DNA of 64,000 bases from Massalongia carnosa (lineage: Eukaryota). The translations under genes and the position numbers were made by a program. Positions 23,092-34,894 of the stretch are shown in pieces. Every line of letters begins with the position of its first letter. The first letter of the stretch is position 1. The notes under the pieces are model-generated. The model saw nothing but the letters and a program-made list of their open reading frames with translations. It did not search any database and had not been told where the DNA came from. The stretch lies in contig OZ287085.1 in assembly GCA_965645245.1 (NCBI GenBank), positions 930,001 through 994,000 on the forward strand. Direction: 5' to 3'.

Positions 23092-25420
23092 CCGTATAAT
23101 TTCCCATATAAGCCTCGGGGCGTATAGCTAAGATGACTAAACCGAGGTGATTTTGAACGGGGGTTTATAGCCAAAAGGGGTTAATAGCCAAATCATTTTT
23201 ATAGTCAAATAGGGGCTTATAACAACGGGTGAAAAAAAAAATTTTCCCGCCACCCCCAATACATTTTCTCTTTTTTTGATCATTGCCCTTCCTATACATT
23301 GCCCTTCCTATACATTGCCCTTCCTATACATTGCCCTTTCTATACATTGCCCTTCCTATACATTGCCCTTCCTATACATCTCAATATTGCCCCCCCATAT
23401 ATATCTCCTAAAAAGACTCGTACCGGTCCTCGTACAAAATCAGTTGTTTCCAGAAGCTTATGGGCATCAAGTGTCAAAAAATCAGGCTATTTACAGTCAT
23501 CTCAGAAATCTTTCGGAGACAATACTCAGATAACTGAACAGTTTCGTTTGATACGTGAATCGGCTAATGACGTGTCTAATAGAAATTCGGATGATGAAAT
23601 CATTCGTCGAAGAAAATCCTACACACGAGAGAATAAGTTAGCTGCTATCAACTATGCTACAACAACTTGGAAGACTCAAAAAGACGGAACTCTTAAGCTT
23701 ATTAGTAAATACGAAGCTGCAAAAAATCTAGGAATTGATCTAGCTATGCTTCGTAGATAGTTAAAAACAAGTTCCGTAATCGAAAACATGAGTACTGGAA
23801 TCAGAAAAAACAGACCTCTCAATACTGGCTGTCAGGAACCGGAGTTGGAAAGACAGCTGATTGAGCTGTTTAAAGACAAAAGAGAAGCTGGAATAAAGGT
23901 TGATAAACGATTGATTATACGTCAGGCAAAACATATATATGCCGAGTTGTATCCACATCGAATTATTCGAAAAGCGGGGGAAAGAGATGAGTATCTAGGC
24001 TTCAAATTCTCTGGTGGGTGGTTTAATAACTTCAGGAATCGAGTCGGTATTTCTCCACGAGCAGTTACCAAAAAATCACAGATAGTTTCCGAGAATTTGC
24101 GGTCCACTATTGAAAGTTGGCTGCAATTCAATCGACGTAATTCTCAGCCCTTAATAGGTCAAATTCCACAGCACGGAGGGGGAAGATATCGTCTTTGTAA
24201 TATTGGTAACATGGATCAAACCCCAATTGCGTACGAATTTCTGGACGGACATACCTACGACTTCAAGGGGGCTAAAACGATATGGGCCAAGACGCATAGA
24301 TCGGGATGGGATAAGAGACAAGCTACACTAATGATATACGTCTCTGCTGATGGGATAAATCGTTGCAAACCGCTTCTTATCTTTAGGGGAAAAGACGGAA
24401 TCAAAAACAGTCGTATAAAGAAGGAGATAAGTCAGTATCATACAGGGGTGTCGGTCCAATAGAATGATACTGCATGGAGCAATACTACGGTCATGATTCG
24501 ATGGCTAAAACATCAATATAAGTACGCTACCGCCGGATTCGTCAATCGAGATACTCGAGATGCTACACCTCGATTGTTGACTTTAGACGTATTCAGAGGA
24601 CAGAAAACCGACGAGGTATGCTTTTAATCTGATAAGATAACAATTGATCCACTGACTGATTTGGAGGTTCGAGATGCTTTTCGAGAGTTGAATATTACCC
24701 CTTCCTTTAACCCCCTCGGGCTGCACCGGCTACGTTCAAGTTTTGGACGTAGCAGTCAACAAACCCATTAAAAATCGAATAAAGGAGCTGGCCGACATGC
24801 ATTTCGACATTCATTTGGAGTAATGGAATCAGGGAAAATACACTGTGGGGGATCGTCGAATCATGCTTACTCAATGGGTTGGACAAGCTTGGAAGTAATT
24901 TTATGAAGAAAGCTCCGATGTAATTCGTCGAGCGTTTAGAAAATTAGGACTTTCTCTGGCCATAGATGGATCGGAAGATGACGAATTGCATGTAGAAGAT
25001 CTTCCGGGCATTGAGGTGGGAAATTGGAGACGAAATAACGAGGAAGAAATAGAGACAGCTGAGAGAATAGATGAGAGGGCAGATGAGGGGACAAATGACG
25101 AGACAAATAAGGTAGTTATGGATGAGAATATTAGGGGGGGATACGAGTATGTTTTAAGAGATGAAATAGGGTCAAATATTGAGGAAAACGATTGCGGGGA
25201 AGATAATAGCGGCGACAGCGAGATGGATGAAGAATAATAGGAAGGTACTTCAAATTCAGTGAGAATTACTAGGAAAATTAAGTACCTCTATATCTTCTTA
25301 AGAATTAGGAGCTTATAGCCCAATACCCCCCCTCGGTCTGAAAATTCAATTTTAGAACACAGGCTTATAGCCGAAAAGGGGTTAATAGTTAAGTCCGGGC
25401 TTATATGGGAAATTATACGG
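23092..25420 (+). mobile_element. pogo/Tc5-like DNA transposon (Pogo-B) nested in Pogo-A
   Basis: 23-bp TIR CCGTATAATTTCCCATATAAGCC; flanks TG/TA. CENP-B HTH plus DDE_1 (NMDQTP, KRQATLMI, QVLDVAVNKP) with several stops; probable intron ~24616-24667. Confidence 0.92.
23281..23379 (+). repeat. Tandem repeat, 6 x 16 bp (CATTGCCCTTCCTATA)
   Basis: Read directly; one unit has a single substitution. Confidence 0.95.
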
Positions 25421-27074
25421 TATCCCGTAACATTGTTAGCGTTTTTCCTTTCGGCTGCTAATGGCTTACCTTTTTGCATGAAAAATTGGGGATTTCTTTT
25501 CAAGAACCGTCCGGTCAAGCATTTTCCTACGCGGGTGAGAGAAGTTGAAGACGAGGAAGGATGTTGTAATTGCAACAAATAATTAGCTGCACCGCGAATC
25601 AATGGCAATCTAATTGATAATTTAATATCATCAAAAAATTCAATATACTCCTTCAGGGCTAGTTCTAGTGCAGCAGACAGCCTCATATTGACTGCTTTTC
25701 GCTTGCTATATCTCTGTAGTCTTCTTTGAAATAGACGAGGTGAAATATCGAATTTTTTGGCACAGGCTGCGGCTGATTTGTATATGTTCATTGCAAATGT
25801 ATCTAAGGTCTTTGCAATGTTAGCCTCTCGTTTCTTGTACGAATCAGACATGATTTTGTTGAATAATAAATGGTTGATGATAGATGATAGAAATTTTTTA
25901 AAAATGCGTCATGGAGATGATAGCGTCATGGAGGTGAGCCGCACCTGGAGCGTAGCTCCGGGTACGGTCCATCGGATATACCTCGGTCGCACGGTTAGTA
26001 CAAGGTTGGGTGATATTGGTCCGTGCCCCCCCCCCTAAATTTCGAAAAACAGTCACAAAACAACAACAAAACATCTTCATTTCTACTATTTTGTTGCGTT
26101 ACCTTCTCTATCTTTACATTACTTTATACGAGAAGGCATTGTAGCTACCAAATTGTCAATTTCCTCTTGTTTTACCTCGTTCTATTCGTGCTGAACGGCC
26201 TTCTTCATGTCATCCAGAGTAGTGATAACCCATGTCATAACTTCCGATTCGTTGCTTGATTATCCTCCAAACATTCTCGATTATATTAAGATCTGGTGAG
26301 CATGGAGGCTATGCTCTATCATTAAACAAAGGAATTTTGAATGAGTCTTTCAGTTGTGAAAGATTTCGCTTTCCAAACCCCAAACCATGGGCTCGATTTC
26401 CATCCTCCTGAAAGAGAATTTCACCGAACTCTCGGGCATGAAGGGAATGCTCCGTACGTTCATAAGGAGAAATATAATTGCTCTCCTGAAAGTACGTAGA
26501 AACGACAGGTAGTAGCACCTGTTTTATATAGTCTTCTTTGGTTATTCCCCACCTGGCCCCGGAGAGATTCTGCAAAAACACCAGTTTTGATTTATACCCC
26601 TACCCCACCATTCCCCATACTGAAAACGACGTTCTACCACTCCGAAAACGAGTCTGAATGCAATCAAGACAGTATCGTTCATCCGCCTTGCGAAGAATTT
26701 GATCCTTTTTATGTTTGCCCGTATAAAACGTGCTCTCATCACTGAATCGAAGTCGTTTCAAGGCATGCGTCCAGTTCTCGAACTTTACAGAGAAAGCGAG
26801 TCGAATTTTTCGATTCTTTTCATTGATGAAAGGTTTCGGGCATGCAGTGCATTTGCGATAGCCCAACTGAGCTAAACGTCGTGCGACAGTTCGAGGATGA
26901 ATTGCTAAATTGTAACGTTTAGCAAATGACATAAGTCTTCCAGAGTATTTCTCCTTTAGAACCCAATTGAGCACCTTTTTGATTTCCCAATCGGAGACTT
27001 TTCGTACTTTTCCAGCCCGTTCAGCACCTTTTCTTCTGACTTTGTTTCCAATATCGCGCTGTTTTCGCCATTTA

Positions 27075-28719
27075 CAGTCCCGTGCCAAAAGTCTGCGGCC
27101 CAACCCGTAATTTTCGTGATTTCGAGTTTTCAACTCATCAACCGCCCATCTTCCACCTCATCATTTTACCATGCTTCGTGCTTCTTTGACCCCCATAAGT
27201 GGTAATCGGCCTCGTAACACTGAATTGACGCCATATCAGCGTGGTATAATTGTTGGGGCCCAGGCGTTGGGGCATACACCGACCGAGATTGGGAAGACTC
27301 TTAATTTCACTAAATCGACCGTGCAGAGCACCATTCAGAAATACTCAATTCACAACGACGGCGTGTCTAAATCACGTTCTAGACGGCCTGAAGTGCTGTC
27401 AGAACGCGATCGACGTTATATCATCAAGTATGCACGAATCAATCCACAAATCACTTATGCACAAATCAAACTAGAAGTGGGGCTCGGCTGCAGTCGTACG
27501 ACTATTTATCGGGCACTCAAACTGTATGGTTTAACCAACTGGGTTGCTAAAAAACGACCTTTATTGACGCCTGAGGTGGCCAAGAAACGATTGGATTGGT
27601 GCTTGCTGCGGCGTGAGTGGACTTTTAAGCAGTGGTCAAGAGTTATATTGTCAGATGAGTGCTCGGTGGAAAAGGGTCAGGAAAACAGCGTCAGTGGGTG
27701 TTCAGATTGCTGTCAGGACAGCTTCCTACAAGACATGAAGCGGTCGCACCCTTCTGCAGGGGGTGCGCGGGAAGACACCCATGCGATAGTCTCAACCGGT
27801 CCAATCATGTAATAGTAATTAGTTTGACGAACGTGGCCTGATCAAGGTGGGGCTATAGGATAAAGAGCCCTTCGCCCACCTCTTTCGGAGGGCCACTGAT
27901 CAATCTATTGATTATACTCCACCTACTGCTATTCCATAGCGACTCCTATTCTATTGTCCTACCGCTACTGTAGAGCTATATAGTCATACTGTTCGTACTT
28001 CGCCTCACAATTGCCGAAAGAAAAATGGAATAAAGAGATGATATAACCTGTCCCCAAAGGCAAAGGAGTCAGTGTCATGGTCTGGGCAGCTTTTTGAGGA
28101 GATAACAGGTCAGATCTTTACAAATTGGCTCGTGATTTTGCTGCGAAGAAGATGGGGTACTCGGCGAACTCATATATGGAAGTAATTATTGAACGATAAT
28201 CTGCTAGGAATTTGGCAACCGGGCCACATTTTCATGCAAGATAACGCACCTATACACAAGGCTAAAAAGGTGATTGAATGTTTCAATGAGAACGGCATAG
28301 AGGTCATCGATTGGCCCCCTTATTCAACTGATTTAAATCCAATCGAGCACGTTTGGTATGTGCTTAAAAAGCTCGTCTATCAAGTCAACGCGAACATAGA
28401 TTTGGTGATCGGCAGTGATGAAACTGTTCGTGAGGTACTTTGGAAAGCGTTAGAAGAAGCCTGGACGTTGATAGATGTGAAAATGATGAGGAGGTTAATA
28501 GAGAGCATGAATAGGAGGATAAAAGCGTGTATAGCGTCGGAAGGATGGTATACTACATATTAAAAACTAATTTGTAGGGGGATTCTTGTTTAGAATGTAT
28601 GTAATCATTATGTAAAGTTTCAAGACATTTCAGCAATCGTGACGTGGTTGATTCTTGATTGAATAGAATGAGTGAAATGTTGGTGGGGTGCGGGGCCGCA
28701 GACTTTTGGCCTAGTACTA
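27075..28719 (+). mobile_element. Tc1/impala-like DNA transposon (Tc1-B) nested in Tc1-A
   Basis: TIR CAGT...GCCAAAAGTCTGCGGCCC; TA flanks. Transposase 27171-28563 (LSDECS, FMQDNAPIH, WPPYSTDLNPIEHVW) broken by a solo LTR, stops and frameshifts. Confidence 0.92.
27711..28009. mobile_element. Solo LTR (299 bp) inside the Tc1-B transposase
   Basis: TGTCAGG...CCTCACA termini; 5-bp TSD ATTGC; transposase sequence resumes after it. Confidence 0.9.
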
Positions 28720-29482
28720 TACGAAGAGTGTCCCGATGCACCCCTGTGACGGCATGAATTCTATGTAGTGATTGCCCTGCGTCCATGCGACCGTAGCATT
28801 GATTTTTAATAGACGTACCCCATTCTAAACCATGATAGCCACCTCGTTTACGGGGACTTCGAAAACTGCGTGTAATAGCCATGTGATTGACGAATGATCA
28901 ATGTAAAATGGTGGTAGAAGGGGCAGTTTTTCGAAATTTAGGGGGGGGGGGGCACGGACCAATGTCACCTAACCTAGTACCTAGAACATTTCGGCTAATT
29001 GGTTAATATAGCCTATTAGTCGACCAATTCGCGGGTCCTCCCGATTTCCCGATGTTGATCGACAGATCAATCATCAGCTCTACCCCTAGCCTGAGAAGAA
29101 CTCTGTTGAGAGAACTTACCTGGACACGCGCTGGACCAAAATAATCCGTTCAGCCGAAGCAATGAAATTCAGCGAAACACCAAATCTGTATGTGGTTAGA
29201 ATTTTAAAATAGAAGATAGTGAAAGAAAATGAGCCTGTAAAGCGATTGTTTGCGCCTGACCTTGGATATGAGCGTTGAGTTCACGGAAGGATTACTCAAG
29301 AGTCGTCCTTCCCAATCAACACTTAGCAAGATGATGCAGCCGAATAACTAGCAGCATATGACATTTTCCATAGTTTCTATTATACTATGCTACAGTGGTT
29401 TGCGAGCGCACTAATTCTTCTTCATCCGCTACCAAAGGAAGCCAATATTCTTAGTTCTAAGGCACAAAGGCAGCTGCCTGAT

Positions 29483-32143
29483 CTATCTCGAATCTCCCTC
29501 TGCTCTGGCTATCTCAGCGATAGTTTCATCGTATGCCTCAAGGATAGGCCCGTAAAGCTTCTCCGGATCCGGTTTGGTGCCAGTAAACAACAACAACCCA
29601 TGCGTGAAAGGGAAGAGGATACCCCGTATTGTTCGACACAAATCCTTAAGGCAATCGAGTATTGAAGGAAATTCCTCCAAAATGTCCTCAAATCCATCAA
29701 CACCCATATCGCCTCGTTTTCTTCGAGCGATATCATCGAAATCGCCCGTGTACCACATCGTCAAAATGCTTTTCCTGGGTCTATCCACCAACTTACACTC
29801 AAACTCCCTTTCCCACGCACGACGAGCGCAGATCCATAGAAGCACATAAAAGAACGATTCGAGATCATGTCGATAAGTATGATCGATTTTGCGTAGCACT
29901 TCAATCGCCATGAACTCCATTGTGCCTGTCTGTTGCCGTGCGCCGGTTCGCCCACCATCGACTATTTTCGCAAGGTCTGCGTCGATCAGCATCCCCGTGA
30001 AGCCGTTGGCTTGCTTTGGATTTGTTATTATGATGTTGTTTTCCGAGATGTCTCTGTGCAGAATGGTTCCTTCCAAATACAAGGATCTGTGCGCCTTGAT
30101 CGCATCACGAAGTGCCATTAACAGCTCCGAGATCGAGCAGAAGTTCTTGAGTGCTCGTCCTGCCGGCGAGATGATTAAGCAGCCGAACACGCGATTGTCG
30201 AATGATGTGTCGTTTGAGTCACAGAAACTCGAGGCTTGAGCATTTTCAAAGGCGTGTGACAATTCGCATTCCTGAGATGATGAGTGGGATCTTTGACTGT
30301 TGGATCCCAACCGCTTCAAAGACTTTTCTTTGCTTTCCTCCGACTTTGGTTTCCTTGTACCGGCATTTTCCGGGGCTTGCAATGCTTCCTGCTCCTTGCA
30401 TGACTTCGACTTGTGACTGATGGATGCGGGCTCCATGAACAACCTTCCTTCGTGATCCACAGACTTTCCGTCCATTGGCTGTGCAGTCCTCAGGGACTCC
30501 GTAGCATTGTGTCCCTCAGGTAGCCTTGATCTTTGACTGTTGGACCTTGACCTTTTTAAAGGTTTTGCTTCGTTATCTGCAGATTTTCGTTTCTTCGAGG
30601 AGGTCCTCGAAGAATTCTGGACGATGCTCAAGCATCGAAACGGCCCGAAAGACTGAGAAAGTGGCGGCTGTAATTGAAAGCACGAGAAAGATGCTGGGGT
30701 GTTTGGCGAGGTACTGCGGAATCGGTGAGGAGCAGGAAATGTCAAGCCACTGCGCATTTCCTGAATACTAGTTATGCGGTGGTAGCCCAACAACCTTGCA
30801 ACTCCTTTTACACCCTTCTGATGTGCAAATCTCAGGATATTTGCCTCCGGTGGCCGCTTCGCGGATGTCCATGAGAACTTTGCTACATCTTCTAGATCTT
30901 TGGTAAGATAGCAAATTGTTCCCCGACAAACAATGGCTCGTTGCACGACCAGCGGAGCATGCTCCAGCCGAAATCTCTTTTCTTTTGTAGTAGCATCTTC
31001 CATAATGGTTATGAATAAATCTCCACCGTTTCGCTCAACGAATGTGTCCATGCCTAGCTCTTCGTCGTTCATCATGGCGTATCCCGCAACGGCTCGAATG
31101 AATTGCTCGGGTTCCTCGTGAATATCGAATTCACCAGAGCTGTAAGGACCAGATCGATCGAACACCCAAAGTTCCATGATAGTTCCGTGGAGGAAAAATC
31201 CATGAATGAAACGGCGGGTCGGCTGGGCGGTAAACACATCGCGCATGTACCTGCCGAGTTGGAGGAGCAGAGTTTTGAAGTCATCCTTTGATTGCTTGTG
31301 CTCACCAATGACCCGGACGTCTTTCCACATGTGTGTCGTTTCTACCGTGTCGCTCCTCGGCTTGATGAAGAGGTCGAGCTGACGCTGGGCTTCAGCACCA
31401 GTAAGGTCCTTGGTACTTCTGGTTGTGAAGTAGACACCTTGAGTGTCGGATAGAAACTCATCCTGAAAACGGACTAACCATTCCCATACAGCATTCTGCA
31501 CCGACGGATTGGGAAAGTCAGTCCACCAGCCGTCGACATGTCGGTGCTTCACGGCATTGTAGATCTCTTTGCCCCGCTCCGTCCACACCTTGCCCTCGAA
31601 ATATTTCGAGAAGAATCCGCCAACCCCCCGGTATGTGCATCTCTTGAATTCATGGAAAAGCGGTCCATTCAACAACTCTTTGGTCTGCTCATCACCTTGC
31701 TGTGAGGCGGAGGAGCGCGTGATGGGTGTGCCATCGAACGTGAGGGGGACGCTTGTGGGAGGAGTTGATCGGGAGACAGTAACGATGAGATCCAAAACGG
31801 CGTCCCAAATGTCGACTTCCGGTGCGTTTCGGACGACAAGTCGTACAAGCGCACGGTAGTGTTCGTAGATAAAATTACGATTCTGAACACGTCTGAACAG
31901 TGTCGAGAGTTCATAGGCGATATTCTCGTTGCTGATTTTGGAGCGAAGATCAAGAGCCACCTCGTGGCCCTGTAAGGCAGAGAGAAGTCTCGATATTGCC
32001 TTTTGAGCTCCTTGCCCTGAGTCATCGACGGCTGCATCATAAGATTGCTCCGCTTCTCGAAGTGGACGTTGTAGATGATCTAGAGCGTTGCCCAAAGGAT
32101 ACTTCTCGATAATATCGCGCTCATCTTGCGAGAGCCTGGCCAT
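29483..32143 (-). CDS. Fungal-type protein kinase (FunK1 / Pkinase_fungal, Sgk2-like), intronless
   Basis: VIGEHK, QPTRRFIHGF, FDRSG, AIVCRGTICY, VAKFSW, ILHRDISENNIII, LIDADLAK, TGTMEFMAIEVL, HTYRHDLESFFYVLLW. First ATG at 32143. Confidence 0.92.
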   Translation of the reverse strand: MARLSQDERDIIEKYPLGNALDHLQRPLREAEQSYDAAVDDSGQGAQKAISRLLSALQGHEVALDLRSKISNENIAYELSTLFRRVQNRNFIYEHYRALVRLVVRNAPEVDIWDAVLDLIVTVSRSTPPTSVPLTFDGTPITRSSASQQGDEQTKELLNGPLFHEFKRCTYRGVGGFFSKYFEGKVWTERGKEIYNAVKHRHVDGWWTDFPNPSVQNAVWEWLVRFQDEFLSDTQGVYFTTRSTKDLTGAEAQRQLDLFIKPRSDTVETTHMWKDVRVIGEHKQSKDDFKTLLLQLGRYMRDVFTAQPTRRFIHGFFLHGTIMELWVFDRSGPYSSGEFDIHEEPEQFIRAVAGYAMMNDEELGMDTFVERNGGDLFITIMEDATTKEKRFRLEHAPLVVQRAIVCRGTICYLTKDLEDVAKFSWTSAKRPPEANILRFAHQKGVKGVARLLGYHRITSIQEMRSGLTFPAPHRFRSTSPNTPASFSCFQLQPPLSQSFGPFRCLSIVQNSSRTSSKKRKSADNEAKPLKRSRSNSQRSRLPEGHNATESLRTAQPMDGKSVDHEGRLFMEPASISHKSKSCKEQEALQAPENAGTRKPKSEESKEKSLKRLGSNSQRSHSSSQECELSHAFENAQASSFCDSNDTSFDNRVFGCLIISPAGRALKNFCSISELLMALRDAIKAHRSLYLEGTILHRDISENNIIITNPKQANGFTGMLIDADLAKIVDGGRTGARQQTGTMEFMAIEVLRKIDHTYRHDLESFFYVLLWICARRAWEREFECKLVDRPRKSILTMWYTGDFDDIARRKRGDMGVDGFEDILEEFPSILDCLKDLCRTIRGILFPFTHGLLLFTGTKPDPEKLYGPILEAYDETIAEIARAEGDSR

Positions 32144-32382
32144 GTTGCGAAAACAGGTATTCAACTGCGTGCATCGGTCATGGCAACTGATCGAAAAGAG
32201 GCTATCCCGCCTATTATGTTCCTGAGAGGCTCATCGCATGGTCTTGTATTACTCAAGGTAAGATATTGACGTGACACGCGAGACCAGAGCACTATTATGT
32301 ACAATCGGGTACCGGAAGTCACCGTCCGATTTCGCTAATTAGCTAATCATCAAAACTTTCAACTTTTTTCAAATTGATACTA

Positions 32383-34892
32383 ATCGTCGGCTCGCTTAGC
32401 TCCGTGGATCCGACTAAAATGCGAAAGCATTTTAGTCGGGGAAAGCGGTGCATCCCGGAAAGCGGTGCATCCAGCCAAAACTATCAAATTTTCATCTTTT
32501 TTACCTTTTACCCTCAATCATCTGAATAACTACCTTGATTATTGACGATTTAATCACCTTATATTGATAAGTATAGCCTTCCCAGCATTTATTCCTAAAA
32601 TAACTAGTTATTTCATCGGATTGTCGCATATTCAGCTTTTCTATACGTCCTCAATCATCCTTTTTATCTATCGTTCCTAACCCACTTCATAGATAGTAAC
32701 CCCCCCATTCTCAATCCTATAGAGGAAGCGAAGCAATTTCTGAAGACAAATCCCAAAGAAACCAAGATGACTGCATCTAGACTTTTCAACGTTAACGTTA
32801 AAACGTTGACTTCTTCCATTCGTCGTTGTTCGGGAGTGAAAAATGGAGGACAAAATCAGATATTGAGAGATCATGAAACAAAGGCTATCAATGGTTTTGT
32901 TCAATCTTTGTTGGTGTATGGAATTCCACCTACGCATCAAATCGTTTTTAATGCCATTGTAAGCTTGAAAAAAGCTCATAATCCCCTCTATATAGGGCCG
33001 TCAAGACGATGGTTTCGGGATTGGTAGAAGCGTAACAATTTGCATAAAATTAAGACAAGACTACTGTCCTTTATCCGATTTGATGCCGCTCAGGAATCGG
33101 ATGTGACCAGATAGTTTGCTGATTATAGGCGTGCATTAAAAACACTGAATATTCGAAAAAGACGAAATATTCTGAATTTTGATGAAGCTGGCTTCCGTAT
33201 TGGGTGCATGAGGGGACAGGAAATTCTTGTTCACATGGAAATTAAAAAATTCTACGCGGTCAGCCCGGAAAACCGTAGATCGGCGACGATTATCGAGACA
33301 ATCAATGCTGCCGGCGACTATCCCCCCCCTCTAAAGGTCAGCATACAAGGTCATGATTTCATGGCCATTTGGTTTTCGGATGATCTGCCACAGGGCACGC
33401 ATATCGTGCCTTTCGACAGTGGATTTACATCTGATAAGATAACAGTTGAATATCTGAAGCATCTTATCAAGAATTCAGATGCAGGACCGAATGCGGATTG
33501 GAAATTGTTGCTTATGGATAATCACGGCAGTCATATTACTCCTGAATTTGTTGCTTTGGCCAATGAAAATCACATTTGTCCTTATCCACTAATTCCGCAT
33601 TTAACCCACTGTATGCAGCCATTGGATGTGGGTGTATTTCAACCCTATAAGCATTGGCATAATGTGGCTATTTAAGAGACTATATCGGAGTCATTTATTG
33701 AGTATTCCCTGACGTAATTCGTGAAGGATTTGGTCAAAATCAGGAATAATACCTTCAAACAATCCAATATTCGACATGCCTTTGAAAAGTCGGGCATGTG
33801 GCCTGTTAATCCAAAAGCATGCATTCAACAGCTGAAAATATTCAATCCCAACAATCCAAACAATATGACTGAGATTCTGACCGAGACGAATAATGATAAT
33901 CAGCTCCCATTACCCCCCCTTCCTCGTCAAATCCAACCAAGGGAAATAGCCGACATAGAATATTGATTGGATCATCAATGGGGACCAAAAACTCAGGAAT
34001 CTATACAATAGAGTGACCCCATTCGGACTGAGGAATTTGACTCATTCGTTATCAATGCAAAAGAAGTTATTTCGAACTCGATTCTCAAGGAAACGGAGAT
34101 GAAAATGTGGCAACAGACACGAATGCAACAGTTAAACAGTAGAAAATTTTCGCGCAAACGACTGAGACCTGAATCAGGAAAATTGGTAGTGACTAAGGAA
34201 GATGCGGAGCATGCCTTAACCATGAAGCTACAACACGAAAAAAAGGCTGAAAAGAAACGAGAGGACAATAAGTTTATGAAGATATGTAGAATGGAAAGAG
34301 ACGAAATTCACGTCAAGGGAATGGCTGCTCGAAAAGTAGAAAGGGATCGAGTAAAACGATTAAAAGAAATGACCAAAACACTCAATCCCATACCAATTGA
34401 GTTGTATTAAGCAATTTCTGACCCCGAGGCCTTATGGAAAGCGACGAATGAGGTGTGGATAGCTGAGGAAGCGAAGAAAGAAGCCAGATAAAATCCACGT
34501 GTCAATGCTACGATTGATGAGGAAGAAACTGCGATTATAGTAGATGAAGAATCATGGGTGCAGAGAGATTTCGGGGGCTCCATCGAGATGCAAAGTGATT
34601 TCGTATCTGTCATGGATGAAGAGGATGAGGAGAATGCGGGGTATGGGGGGAACCAGAAGAATCGGGGGGATCGAAGGGATCAGGGGGGTCGAGGGGATGA
34701 TTTTGAAGATGGTTATGATGATGACACTGTTTTTCAAGCTTTGTATGACGTTAGCTAATGATTAACCCAGATGATTGAGGATAAAAGGTGAAAAAGATGA
34801 AAATTTGATGATTTTGGCTGGATGCACCGCTTTCCCCGACTAAAATGCTTTCGCATTTTAGTCGGATCCACGGAGCTAAGCGAGCCGACGAT
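32383..34892 (+). mobile_element. pogo/Fot1-like DNA transposon (Pogo-C)
   Basis: TIRs of >70 bp starting ATCGTCGGCTCGCTTAGC; TA flanks. Transposase ~32700-34500 (NFDEAGFRIG, LLMDNHGSH, THCMQPLDVGVFQP) with many stops. Confidence 0.93.
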
Positions 34893-34894
34893 TA

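Larger units (their letters stand above)
21715..25995 (-). mobile_element. pogo/Fot1-like DNA transposon (Pogo-A), interrupted by Pogo-B
   Basis: ~90-bp TIRs (accgtacgaccgagg.../...cctcggtcgcacggt) with TA on both sides. Transposase fragments 25851-25423 and 23091-~21900 (NRDETGFRVG, PPHSTHLTQPLDVGIFQP). Confidence 0.92.
26001..28977 (-). mobile_element. Tc1-like DNA transposon (Tc1-A), interrupted by Tc1-B
   Basis: ~50-bp TIRs containing a poly-C/poly-G run; TA on both sides. Transposase pieces 28882-28722 and 27074-~26100 (FSDES, FQEDGNRAH, PPCSPDLNIIENVW). Confidence 0.9.

Noticed and set aside
23281..23379. CRISPR-like array
   Set aside because: Units are head-to-tail with no spacers, there are no cas genes, and the context is eukaryotic.
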